From Spirochaetes bacterium GWB1_36_13 (lineage in GTDB: Bacteria; Spirochaetota; GWB1-36-13): a DNA stretch of 64,000 nucleotides. Both the position numbers and the translations under genes were made by a program. The number at the start of each line of letters is the position of its first letter. The stretch's first letter is position 1. This document shows, one piece after another, positions 1-8,451 of the stretch. Under the pieces are notes generated by a model. That model had not been told where the DNA came from, did no database searches, and was given only the letters and a program-made list of their open reading frames with translations. The DNA lies in NCBI GenBank assembly GCA_001829155.1, contig MIAO01000116.1:4182-68181 (forward strand), given 5' to 3'.

Positions 1-1
1 T

Positions 2-421
2 GGAGTGATTCTGGCTTTCAAAATCCACGGGGAACCTTTCGGTTTTTTTGGAATGGTCGGCGCTGTCGGGCTTGCCGGGGTTGTGGTCAATGATTCGATT
101 GTTATGGTGGATTTTATGAACCGCCTGATTTCTTCCATGGGCGCTTTTTCTTTTGAAAAACTGAAAGAAAAAATCACAGAAGGAGCGGGTGAAAGACTGA
201 ACGCTGTCCTTCTTACTACAGTGACCACGATTGCGGGAGTCTTGCCCACTGTTTACGGTGTCGGGGGCTCAAACCCGATGGTCAGACCGCTGACTATGGC
301 TCTTGCCTATGGACTTTTATTCGGTACCACGATCACGCTTTTTCTTCTTCCCAATATCTTTTTGATTGAAAAAGATATCAAACAGCTGATTGGAAAATTG
401 AAGTCAAAAATAAGAAAATAA
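2..421 (+). CDS. RND (AcrB-type) efflux transporter permease, C-terminal fragment; 5' end lies outside the window
   Basis: ORF runs off the left edge. Hydrophobic C-terminal helices with VVNDSIVMVDF and LTTVTTIAGVLP strings are typical of RND permease C-termini. Confidence 0.8.
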   Translation, partial: GVILAFKIHGEPFGFFGMVGAVGLAGVVVNDSIVMVDFMNRLISSMGAFSFEKLKEKITEGAGERLNAVLLTTVTTIAGVLPTVYGVGGSNPMVRPLTMALAYGLLFGTTITLFLLPNIFLIEKDIKQLIGKLKSKIRK

Positions 422-440
422 TCATCAGTTTGCTAAAATT

Positions 441-471
441 CGAGGACACCCGGCATGCCGAAGTGTCCTCG
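441..471 (+). terminator. Long stem-loop 20 nt after the RND stop codon (possible terminator or RNA-stabilising hairpin; no T-tract)
   Basis: cgaggacac (441-449) pairs with gtgtcctcg (463-471). The inner segment cggcatgccg is self-complementary. Confidence 0.35.
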
Positions 472-504
472 AGTATCATGATTACTCAGAAATTATTTCA
501 ATTT

Positions 505-593
505 TTCAAGACTATTCCAGCGGGTTCAAATCCAACCCCATTATCCTTAAGTCTTTAAGGACGGGGGAAAAGAGCCTCGTGCAGGGTTAAAGA
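505..593 (+). repeat. Intergenic repeat family C, copy 1 (short form)
   Basis: Aligns by eye with 33357-33499: ttcaaatccaa-cccc, the hairpin tccttaa-gtct-ttaagga closed by cccc/gggg, and cgtgcagg-ttaaaga. Confidence 0.75.
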
Positions 594-660
594 AATAAAA
601 ATAATAAAAAACTTAGGTTATTTGCAATGATAGTTTTTAGGCTTTATATATACGCAAATG

Positions 661-763
661 AATATAAAATGCAAAACTGTCATTCCGGTTTTTGCTTGCA
701 AAAGACCGGAATCTAAATTTAAAACACTTATTGTCAATAGATTCCCGCCTTCGCGGGAATGAC
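661..763 (+). repeat. Intergenic repeat family A (MITE/REP-like), copy 1, full length
   Basis: gtcattccggtttttgcttgcaaaagaccggaat ... attcccgccttcgcgggaatgac. Reverse complement of the copies at 25092-25196 and 39860-39962. Contains two hairpins and GTCATTCC/GGAATGAC inverted ends. Confidence 0.85.
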
Positions 764-887
764 CGGAAGGGGGGCTTTTTTTTGCAATTTAAAATCATTT
801 CAGTATAAATATATTATTTTTCATAAGAGTAAAAGTATTTGCTTTGAATTAGCCTCGTTGATGGTTGTAAGGAGTTTTTTTTTGATA

Positions 888-1247
888 TTAAGATTGAGGA
901 TAGTGTTTCTGGAAAAATTGAAGGGAGAGCATGAGTAGGGCTTCAATATCTCCGAAGCAAAACTCGTTTGCAAGTTTTTTTAAATCATTGTTTTCGTTAA
1001 ATTTATCATAAAAATTGTAAATTTTTTCACTTTTATCGTTTTCAATCATTTCTTTAAAATTCTGATGCAGAAAACCGACATATCCGCTGAAACTACCGCC
1101 GCTGTAAATTTGGGCGTAGGTTTCGAGTTCAAAAAGTAAAGATTCTTCAAAAGAAAGGTTTTTCCGTTTGTATTTCTTTTTAAAGATTTTTTTCTGCTCC
1201 TGCAAGTTTTTACTGAAATCATCTTCTCTGACTTTTCTGATTTTCAT
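888..1247 (-). CDS. Hypothetical protein (119 aa), Lys-rich N-terminus, no recognised domain
   Basis: Clean ORF, divergent from the 1387-3199 cluster. Function unknown. Confidence 0.55.
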   Translation of the reverse strand: MKIRKVREDDFSKNLQEQKKIFKKKYKRKNLSFEESLLFELETYAQIYSGGSFSGYVGFLHQNFKEMIENDKSEKIYNFYDKFNENNDLKKLANEFCFGDIEALLMLSLQFFQKHYPQS

Positions 1248-1346
1248 AAGGTCTCCAAACTCTAAATACGCATTTATACATATAAAAAATAGTTTGATAA
1301 TAAAAATTTTGTACTAATGTATTTAAGTATTAAATTTTTTATCCGT

Positions 1347-1365
1347 GCGCATAAATGCGTATAAT
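1347..1365. promoter_or_regulatory. Operator-like dyad CGCATaaATGCG abutting a perfect TATAAT, in the divergent promoter region
   Basis: gcgcataaatgcgTATAAT at 1347-1365. The half-site tacgcatttata (1267-1278) is its inverted copy about 80 bp upstream. ATG of the lipoprotein gene is at 1387. Confidence 0.25.
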
Positions 1366-1386
1366 ATATTTTATAGGAGTCTTAAA

Positions 1387-2043
1387 ATGAAGACACTAAA
1401 ATCTCTATTTTCCTTCTTATTTATAATTGGCTTGATATCTGGATGTTCAGGTAATAGTGCAATTGTAAAAAAAGGCGAAGCTTTTAAAAATGAAAAGCAA
1501 AAAGTGATCACCTTTTCAGTATTTGATTTCACGGCTAAAAAAGCAATAACCGATGATCCAGTAATGGAAAAGTATGAAGGTCTGATTGCTTCAACAGTCG
1601 GAGATCTTTATGGGGAATTAATCTCAGGAGGAGCTGTTATTACTAAATTAGCCGATGAACTGGGGGTGAAAGATAAGCTTGATATGGTTATGGGGAAAAT
1701 TACCGAGTTTGTTTTAAATAGCGGAAATCAAGGATTGGGTGATTTAAGAGATGTATTAATTAAACTTGCTGAAAAAGCAGGCGTAGATGCTTTTGCTTTT
1801 CCTTTGGCTTCTGGAGGAAAAGGAAATTTAATTACAGGTCAAAAAATAGTGTTGTATCTTGTGATTTATGATTTGAAAACAGACAAACTTCAATTTGTTG
1901 CCCATAATGAAGCCGCTGTTTCTTCTATGGTAATCACAGGCGCTCAGGGAGATCAGGATAAACTGACAAAACTGGCTGAATCTCAAGTTTTGTCAGCTAC
2001 AAATGATATGATTGAAAAAATCAAAAAAGAATTGTTTCAATAA
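1387..2043 (+). CDS. Lipoprotein, unknown function
   Basis: Signal peptide plus lipobox LISGC (MKTLKSLFSFLFIIGLISGCSG). aggag RBS 8 nt upstream of this ATG. The track ORF start at 1345 is a GTG extension. Confidence 0.7.
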   Translation: MKTLKSLFSFLFIIGLISGCSGNSAIVKKGEAFKNEKQKVITFSVFDFTAKKAITDDPVMEKYEGLIASTVGDLYGELISGGAVITKLADELGVKDKLDMVMGKITEFVLNSGNQGLGDLRDVLIKLAEKAGVDAFAFPLASGGKGNLITGQKIVLYLVIYDLKTDKLQFVAHNEAAVSSMVITGAQGDQDKLTKLAESQVLSATNDMIEKIKKELFQ

Positions 2044-2099
2044 AAATTTAATTCCCCCAGAAAAGAAGTATATTCTCCGGGGGAATTTGGAGGGAAAAA

Positions 2100-2831
2100 A
2101 TGAAATTCAAACTACTATTATTAATTTTAATAATTATTGTTAATTTAACTAACGCTAAGTCAAAAAATGGAATCTACTCTCTTTCATCTAAAGAACGAAA
2201 TTTGGTTTATCCTAGTATTTGTGATCGTTTTGAGGGTCCTGTATGTCAAGGAAAATTTTCTCCTGAAGGAGCATATCTTTTATTGCATAAGTATTTAATG
2301 AATATGACTTACAGGTTTAAAGCTCGTTATAGTTTAAATATTGATTCTCCTAGCAATACGAGTAAAGAATATTTGGATTATGTCTTTAAATATTATACTT
2401 TTGAGATGTTTTTAACATATTTTTTAGAAATAAAAACTAAGTACGATTCATTATTAAAAAATGCTCCTCGGAAAGACATAGAAAATGTTAATTCAGTTAT
2501 AATTAATTTAAATGAAGATGATAACTACTCATTAAAAAAAATAACAAGAAGCGAGGTGGAAATGGTTTTGGAGAGTCTTTCAGAATTAAATTCAATAAAA
2601 TACAATATATCTTTTGAAGAATTAGAAAATATAGAAAATATTGCCAACTTATTTCAAACATGGGAAGATTTTTTTATAAATAATAAACCAAAAGATATGT
2701 TACTCGTTTTAAAAACAATAAACATAAAAGATTGGTTGACCTATAAAATAGAATACGAATTACCTGCAAATATGGTTAAAAAATACAAAGCTAAACTTAA
2801 GGTTTTTTTAACTAATTGGAAAATAGAGTAA
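2100..2831 (+). CDS. Secreted hypothetical protein (243 aa)
   Basis: N-terminal signal peptide MKFKLLLLILIIIVNLTNA. ggaggg RBS. Very AT-rich coding sequence. No recognised domain. Confidence 0.6.
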   Translation: MKFKLLLLILIIIVNLTNAKSKNGIYSLSSKERNLVYPSICDRFEGPVCQGKFSPEGAYLLLHKYLMNMTYRFKARYSLNIDSPSNTSKEYLDYVFKYYTFEMFLTYFLEIKTKYDSLLKNAPRKDIENVNSVIINLNEDDNYSLKKITRSEVEMVLESLSELNSIKYNISFEELENIENIANLFQTWEDFFINNKPKDMLLVLKTINIKDWLTYKIEYELPANMVKKYKAKLKVFLTNWKIE

Positions 2832-2848
2832 TATTAGGATATTTATAT

Positions 2849-3199
2849 ATGTTTATTCTTGGAGAAAACAAAAAAATCAGAGATGTAAAAGATTTAAATG
2901 AGGCTGATAAAATCAGAATCAAAGATTTTATTCAAGGTGCAGTATATTGTTGGTGTAAAAATAAGAAAGATGAATGGTTTTCTGTTCGAGATTTATTTGG
3001 AGGAGATAATTTTTATTGGAATGGAACTCCATTGTACTCTCTATATGACAAACAATTGCAAAAAAAGACAAAAGACCCTGTCGATGAGGCAGGAAAAGAT
3101 ATTGGTTGGTTGCTAAAAAAAGTTTTATTAGAGGACAAAAGAGTTTTTAATACAAAAAAAGAAAACATGATTCGTAAATATCTATGGATTTCAGACTAA
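2849..3199 (+). CDS. Hypothetical cytoplasmic protein (about 116 aa; alternative start 2816)
   Basis: ORF immediately follows or overlaps the previous gene. No recognised motif. Start is uncertain. Confidence 0.5.
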   Translation: MFILGENKKIRDVKDLNEADKIRIKDFIQGAVYCWCKNKKDEWFSVRDLFGGDNFYWNGTPLYSLYDKQLQKKTKDPVDEAGKDIGWLLKKVLLEDKRVFNTKKENMIRKYLWISD

Positions 3200-3380
3200 T
3201 TAAATGATCAAAATAAAGTTTTTGGTTTTGCCTATAGTTTTAGTTATTGAACAGACTTAAAAAGATTGAAAGACTTCGATTTTGCTACGCTTTATTCTGT
3301 TTTTTTTGGAGTCTGGAAAAAACTCTTCGTCTTTCAGATAGAGTTATGGTTTTAGGAAATTAATAAATGAGATCAGGAGA

Positions 3381-3408
3381 ACGGCAGAACCTTACTCTGC
3401 CGTTTTTT
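3381..3408 (+). terminator. Rho-independent terminator ending the 1387-3199 cluster
   Basis: acggcaga (3381-3388) pairs with tctgccgt (3396-3403), followed by a T-run to 3408. Confidence 0.7.
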
Positions 3409-3475
3409 AAATATGAGTTTTTTACAATCTTTCTATTTGGTTATATTTAATATTAAAAAGAACGGGAAGAAACTG

Positions 3476-4051
3476 ATGTCTCTTGCAGTCAAAGACGATC
3501 AAATTTACACTTATGCCGATTACCTTTCATGGAACGAGGAAAAACGGTTGGAATTGATTGAGGGAACTGTTTATGATATGAGCCCTGCTCCAAGTAGAAT
3601 TCACCAAACTATTCTGGGCGAACTGTTTTTTCAGATGAAGGGGGTTTTAAAAAATAAAGCCTGCAGTATTTTTCCGGCTCCTTTTGATGTCCGTCTGGGG
3701 AAAAGAAATACCCAGCGGGATGAAGAGATAGAAACCGTAGTTCAGCCGGATATTTCCATTGTTTGTGATTCTTCAAAACTCGATGACAGGGGTTGTGCAG
3801 GAGCACCGGATCTGATTGTGGAAATTACTTCTCCTTCTACAGCTATTAAGGATATGAGGGAAAAATACCGTATTTATGAGAAATACGGGGTCAGAGAATA
3901 CTGGGTAGTTTACCCTTCTGAAAAAATCATCATGGTTTTTCTTTTAGAAAACGGAAGCTATGGAAAAGCAAATGTCTTTTCAAGTGAAGAAACGCTTAAC
4001 TCCTCTGCCGTACAAGATTTAAAAATAGATTTGGCGAAAATTTTTATTTAA
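3476..4051 (+). CDS. Uma2-family (DUF820) PD-(D/E)xK putative restriction-endonuclease-like protein
   Basis: YTYADYLSW N-terminus and the APDLIVEITSPST...YEKYGVREYWVVYP signature typical of Uma2. The ATG at 3476 follows the terminator; 3413 is less likely. Confidence 0.8.
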   Translation: MSLAVKDDQIYTYADYLSWNEEKRLELIEGTVYDMSPAPSRIHQTILGELFFQMKGVLKNKACSIFPAPFDVRLGKRNTQRDEEIETVVQPDISIVCDSSKLDDRGCAGAPDLIVEITSPSTAIKDMREKYRIYEKYGVREYWVVYPSEKIIMVFLLENGSYGKANVFSSEETLNSSAVQDLKIDLAKIFI

Positions 4052-4062
4052 CTCAATTATTT

Positions 4063-5286
4063 CTACATCCTTGTCCCGATCATGATGCCGATGGCAAGGT
4101 TTTTATAGGGAATGCCGTAGCCTGCAAAGACTTCGACAGCGGGAATGAGGACTTCTTTCAGGTAAAAACGGAAAGCAATGCCTGTAGAGTAGTCCAGATG
4201 AAACTTTTTCGAATCGGGGGAAGAAAAAGAAGCGTCGAAAAAAGGAACGGCAAGAAAATCGGTTGAGAAAAGCTCAAAAAGAGGGAGGCGGTACTCAATG
4301 GTTGAAGTCATGGCGGTTTTTGCCTTGAGCTGCCCTTTCTCGTATCCGCGGAGGGGTGCAGCGTAGTCGGTGCCGTCTTGTCCTATTCTTTGTTCAAACG
4401 AATTTTTTATTTTAAGTGTATGAAAAGCATTGAAATTAAAATATACATTATGAAGCTGGTATGGGTTGAAAAACTGCTCCAGTTTAAACCCGAAGAGGTG
4501 GCGGGGATTTTTTTCTGAAAAAAGGTCATGGTCGTAATAAAGTCCCAGATAAGTACCCTGTCCAAAAAAATTCTGGTAATGGGTCCAGTCCAGTTCCAGA
4601 TAGACTTGAAAATATTCCGAAAATCCTTTTTCACGGTAAGAATCAAAATCGTTTTGATACTGGTAGTGATGAAAGGCAAGCATCAGATAATGCTCCCCGT
4701 AAAACTGGTATTTGGCAGTGGCTGATCCGCCGATTTCATCTTTAAAAAAGGAAGAAACCACAGTGTCTTTTTCATAGTCTTTCACCGGCTGATAGTTTCG
4801 GATCCCTTTCAGGACATAGGAAAACAACGAGCCCAGCACTCTGGGGTGGGAATAAAGCAGAGTGCCGTTTAAATGCTTGTATTCATATATCATAGACAAA
4901 AGAAAAATGTTCTGATATCCGAAAAGATTGCTTTCCAGAAAAATAAAGCCGTAAGACGAGCCGGAATCCCGGTAGGAGTAGTAGGGAGCCCCGATAATCG
5001 ACCATTTATCTTTCACATAGATAAAAAGAGAAACCTCTTTTTCATTTTCAATCTTGTAAGAAACAGCCACTTCTGAAAACTTTCTCTGATTCTCCAGATA
5101 CCGCTTGATCCGGTAAATGGTTTCTTCCGTAAAAGGATCTCCCGGCCGGGTGCGGATAATGGTCTGAATTACGGTTTCTTTTGTTTTTTCATTGCCGGAA
5201 ACAATAATATTTTTAATAACCAGAGAGTTTGAAAAAGCTAAATCGGCGGATAAAATCAAAAGAAGAGAAAGCAAGAGTTGTTTCAT
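4063..5286 (-). CDS. Omp85/BamA-superfamily outer-membrane protein with a single POTRA domain
   Basis: Signal peptide. POTRA-like IKNIIVSGNEKTKETVIQTIIRTRPGDPF. Beta-barrel-like alternating C-terminal part. Confidence 0.7.
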   Translation of the reverse strand: MKQLLLSLLLILSADLAFSNSLVIKNIIVSGNEKTKETVIQTIIRTRPGDPFTEETIYRIKRYLENQRKFSEVAVSYKIENEKEVSLFIYVKDKWSIIGAPYYSYRDSGSSYGFIFLESNLFGYQNIFLLSMIYEYKHLNGTLLYSHPRVLGSLFSYVLKGIRNYQPVKDYEKDTVVSSFFKDEIGGSATAKYQFYGEHYLMLAFHHYQYQNDFDSYREKGFSEYFQVYLELDWTHYQNFFGQGTYLGLYYDHDLFSEKNPRHLFGFKLEQFFNPYQLHNVYFNFNAFHTLKIKNSFEQRIGQDGTDYAAPLRGYEKGQLKAKTAMTSTIEYRLPLFELFSTDFLAVPFFDASFSSPDSKKFHLDYSTGIAFRFYLKEVLIPAVEVFAGYGIPYKNLAIGIMIGTRM

Positions 5287-5387
5287 TAAAAATTCCGTTT
5301 TTTGTTAAAAAATTTCGGAAACACCGGGATTAATATTTATTTTATTCTTCAATTTTGAAAAACAAGGGAAAGTTTATTGATTTAATA

Positions 5388-5419
5388 ATAAAAAACAGAG
5401 AGGGGATATCCCTCATCTG
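5388..5419 (-). terminator. Rho-independent terminator of ilvD
   Basis: On the minus strand: cagatgaggg-atat-cccctctctg followed by ttttttatt. Confidence 0.65.
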
Positions 5420-5432
5420 TTACAGATTGAAT

Positions 5433-7106
5433 TTATTTTGGGAAGACAGCGCCTTTATCCGCACTGGAAACCAGTTTGGAATACCGTGCAAGGTAGCCTG
5501 TTTTCTTTTTCGGTTCGAAAGGAGGAAGCGCTTTGAGGCGTTTTTCGATTTCTTCAGCCGAAAGCTTAACATTTAAAGTCCGGTTCGGGATGTCAATTTC
5601 AATGATATCGCCTTCTTGGACAGCCGCGATCGACCCTCCGGATGCAGCTTCTGGTGAAACATGTCCGATAGAGGCTCCCCGGGTTGCTCCCGAAAACCGT
5701 CCGTCCGTAATTAAAGCAACATCTTTATCAAGGCCTATTCCTGCAACCGCTGCAGTTGGAGAAAGCATTTCCCTCATTCCCGGTCCGCCTTGAGGACCTT
5801 CGTAACGGATTAAAACAACATCGCCTTTCTTGATTTTTCCGCTCATAATCGCTTCAAAAGCAGTTTCTTCAGAATGAAAAATTCGGGCAGGCCCTGAGTG
5901 TTTCAGCATTTCATCGGCTACTGCCGCCTGTTTGACAATCGCTCCATCCGGCGCTATGTTTCCAGTGAGTACTGCCAGTCCTCCGGTTGCATGAACTGGT
6001 TTATCAATCGGCCGGATAATATCATAGTTTTTAACAGATGCGTGAATACTGTCCAGTGTGTCGCCAAGAGTTTTTCCGGTCACAGTCATTTCTTTTTCAT
6101 AAATCAGTTTCTTTTTTCTGAGTTCCGATAAAACCCCTGGTACTCCTCCGGCAAAGAAAAGATCCACAATATGGTGAGGCCCGGCAGGCGCCATGGTGGT
6201 GAGGTGAGGAATAGTCTCTGTAAAGTGAGCAAAATCTTTTAGAGTAATATCCACATCGTTATAATATGCCAGTGCAGGGAGGTGGAGAGCTGTATTGGTA
6301 GAGCCTCCCAAAGCCATATCTAAGGCGATGGCGTTGTAAAAGGCGTTTTTCGTCATAATATCCCGCGGTTTAATATCTTTTTCAACCAGTTCCAGGATTT
6401 TATATCCTGTTTCTTTGGCAAGCCAGACTCTTTCGGCAAAAACAGCCGGAGCGCTTCCATTGAAAGGAAGGCTCATTCCAAGCGCCTCGGATAAATTACT
6501 CATTGTGTTGGCGGTAAACATTCCAGAGCAGGAACCCGCGCCAGGACAGGCAGAGCATTCAAATTCCTTGAGTTGTTTTTCATTGATTTTCCCGCTTTTA
6601 AAACTTCCAACCGCTTCAAAAACCTTATCCAGTCCTGTATTTTGTCCAAATACTTTTCCGGGAAGCATGGGTCCTCCGGAAACAAAAATAGAAGGAATAT
6701 TAAGCCGGGCAGCGGCAATCAGCATCCCGGGAATAATTTTATCACAGGAAGCCATCAGCACCAGTCCGTCAAAAGGGTGTGCTGTAGCCACCACTTCAAT
6801 AGAGTCAGCGATCAGCTCGCGGCTGGGGAGAGAGTATTTCATCCCTTCATGGTTCATGGCGATTCCGTCGCAGACACCGATTGTATTGAAAACCACAGGG
6901 GTTCCTCCGGCAGCGTAAATTCCTGCCTTCACCGCTTCTACCAATTTATCAAGGTGAATATGACCTGGAATCACTTCGTTAAACGAATTGGCTATCCCGA
7001 TGATCGGGCGTTCCAGTTCCCAGTCTGTAAATCCGTCAGCCCGTAAAAGTGAGCGGTGCGGCGCTCTCTCAGGACCTTTCAGCATTAAGTCGCTTCTTTT
7101 TTTCAT
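5433..7106 (-). CDS. ilvD: Dihydroxy-acid dehydratase
   Basis: Full-length match in character: [15 protein letters not shown] and the C-terminal GAVF. ATG at 7106 has an aggaga RBS. The track start at 7133 is a TTG extension. Confidence 0.95.
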   Translation of the reverse strand: MKKRSDLMLKGPERAPHRSLLRADGFTDWELERPIIGIANSFNEVIPGHIHLDKLVEAVKAGIYAAGGTPVVFNTIGVCDGIAMNHEGMKYSLPSRELIADSIEVVATAHPFDGLVLMASCDKIIPGMLIAAARLNIPSIFVSGGPMLPGKVFGQNTGLDKVFEAVGSFKSGKINEKQLKEFECSACPGAGSCSGMFTANTMSNLSEALGMSLPFNGSAPAVFAERVWLAKETGYKILELVEKDIKPRDIMTKNAFYNAIALDMALGGSTNTALHLPALAYYNDVDITLKDFAHFTETIPHLTTMAPAGPHHIVDLFFAGGVPGVLSELRKKKLIYEKEMTVTGKTLGDTLDSIHASVKNYDIIRPIDKPVHATGGLAVLTGNIAPDGAIVKQAAVADEMLKHSGPARIFHSEETAFEAIMSGKIKKGDVVLIRYEGPQGGPGMREMLSPTAAVAGIGLDKDVALITDGRFSGATRGASIGHVSPEAASGGSIAAVQEGDIIEIDIPNRTLNVKLSAEEIEKRLKALPPFEPKKKTGYLARYSKLVSSADKGAVFPK

Positions 7107-7160
7107 GAGGGATTCTCCTGATTTATTTTTCAATTAAGTTATGTTGAATTATACTAAGCT

Positions 7161-7228
7161 GAATATTAAATTCAAAATTGTCATTCCTGTTTTTGCGTGC
7201 AAAAGACCGGAATCTGTAATTTAATTAT
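7161..7228 (+). repeat. Intergenic repeat family A, copy 2 (truncated left half only)
   Basis: gaatattaaattcaaaattgtcattcctgtttttgcgtgcaaaagaccggaatctgtaattta aligns with 661-727. The second hairpin arm is missing. Confidence 0.7.
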
Positions 7229-7233
7229 TTTAT

Positions 7234-8106
7234 TTAAATAATCTGATATTTCTGTAAAACACTTTTTAAAATTTCACGGTGTCTGTCTTCCATAGGACAA
7301 AGAGGCAGTCTGACTTCAGGGGTAATCAGCCCCATCATCGCCAGGGTCTCCTTGACAGGAATCGGGTTGGTTTCAATAAAAAGCGTGTTGTTCAATTCTA
7401 AAAGTTCCAGATGGAGTTTCTGAGCTTTTAGGAAATCTCCTTTCAAAGCGGCTTCAGTCAATGCAGCCATTCTGTCGGGAACCACATTTGCGGAAACAGA
7501 AATAACCCCTTGTACTCCCATTGCCATCATCGGGAAGGTCAGTGCGTCATCCCCGGATAAAACAACAAAGTTTTTATCCGCATCCCTTAAAATTTCAGAG
7601 ACCTGTACCAGATTTCCGCTGGCTTCCTTGATCCCTGCAATATTTTTCAGGTTGCTCAAAGCAACGGTTGTGGCTGAGTTCATGTTGCTGGAAGTTCTTC
7701 CCGGCACATTGTAGAGAATCATAGGAATATCCACATTGTCGTTTAAATATTTATAATGCTCAAAGATTCCTTTTTGAGTGGGTTTATTGTAATAGGGAGA
7801 AATCAAAAGAGCTGCATCCACACCCATTTTTTTGGCTGATTGGGTGAGAGTAAGGGCTTCTTCGGTCGAGTTTGATCCGGTTCCCGCAATGACGGGGACT
7901 CTTTTTTTTACGGTTTCAACGGTAAAGCGGATCACTTCCTGATGTTCGGCATGGCTCAAAGTAGCCGATTCACCCGTGGTGCCGCAGGGAATAATTCCAT
8001 TTGTGCCGTTTTTAATTTGAAATTCAATAATTTTTTCAAAACTTTCGTAGTCCACCTTTCCGTTTTTAAAAGGAGTGACAATTGCAACTAATGAACCTGA
8101 AAACAT
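7234..8106 (-). CDS. dapA: 4-hydroxy-tetrahydrodipicolinate synthase
   Basis: GTTGESATL motif and the Schiff-base lysine context GIKEASG. Length is 290 aa. Confidence 0.95.
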   Translation of the reverse strand: MFSGSLVAIVTPFKNGKVDYESFEKIIEFQIKNGTNGIIPCGTTGESATLSHAEHQEVIRFTVETVKKRVPVIAGTGSNSTEEALTLTQSAKKMGVDAALLISPYYNKPTQKGIFEHYKYLNDNVDIPMILYNVPGRTSSNMNSATTVALSNLKNIAGIKEASGNLVQVSEILRDADKNFVVLSGDDALTFPMMAMGVQGVISVSANVVPDRMAALTEAALKGDFLKAQKLHLELLELNNTLFIETNPIPVKETLAMMGLITPEVRLPLCPMEDRHREILKSVLQKYQII

Positions 8107-8451
8107 TCATATCTCCTGTACTTTTTGAATTAAGAGTATTAAAAATCTAATTAAAATTTGCATTTTTCTGAAACTTTTATATTATAATTTTGAAAGAAGG
8201 CAGCAATTTTTTTTATGGCAAGGATTAGGAATCTTTGTTCTATCAATCAGTATCTTTGTCAACCCTGAAAAACTCTATAAATGATAAGGATTGTAGAAAA
8301 GGTTTTCTTTCTAATATTAGAGAAAGGGAAATGGAAGATTGATCTTTCCAAACAGTTTCAAGATATGGAAATCAAAAAAGAAGAAATAGAAAAAAAAGTT
8401 AAAACTTTAGATGCGTTGAATGATTAAAAACTGAGGCAGCCTTGACCACGA

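Noticed and set aside
520-540. tRNA-like GGTTCAAATCC strings in family C repeats (also at 33372-33392)
   Set aside because: No complementary T-stem, acceptor stem, D-arm or anticodon arm could be drawn on either strand. I do not call it a tRNA or a tRNA fragment/att site. The two copies also flank 33 kb of core genes, so they are not island borders.
2898-3116. 72-aa alternative-frame ORF inside the 2849-3199 gene, and the many N-terminal extensions in the ORF track (for example 1345, 3413, 7133, 15722, 17523, 18877, 21937, 26034, 33229, 37129, 61829)
   Set aside because: Internal ATG codons preceded by good Shine-Dalgarno sequences, together with signal-peptide or family-typical N-termini, give better starts. 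The extensions begin at TTG/GTG codons, overlap upstream genes or terminators, or lack an RBS.
5533-7046. Several plus-strand ORFs (5533-5793, 6415-6918, 6573-7046) inside the ilvD region
   Set aside because: They are antisense or alternative-frame shadows of a full-length, motif-rich ilvD. Their translations are low-complexity with no RBS.
8107-8451. Possible lysine riboswitch in the 345-nt leader upstream of dapA
   Set aside because: I could not find the conserved L-box core strings or the multi-helix junction on the minus strand. It is left unannotated.
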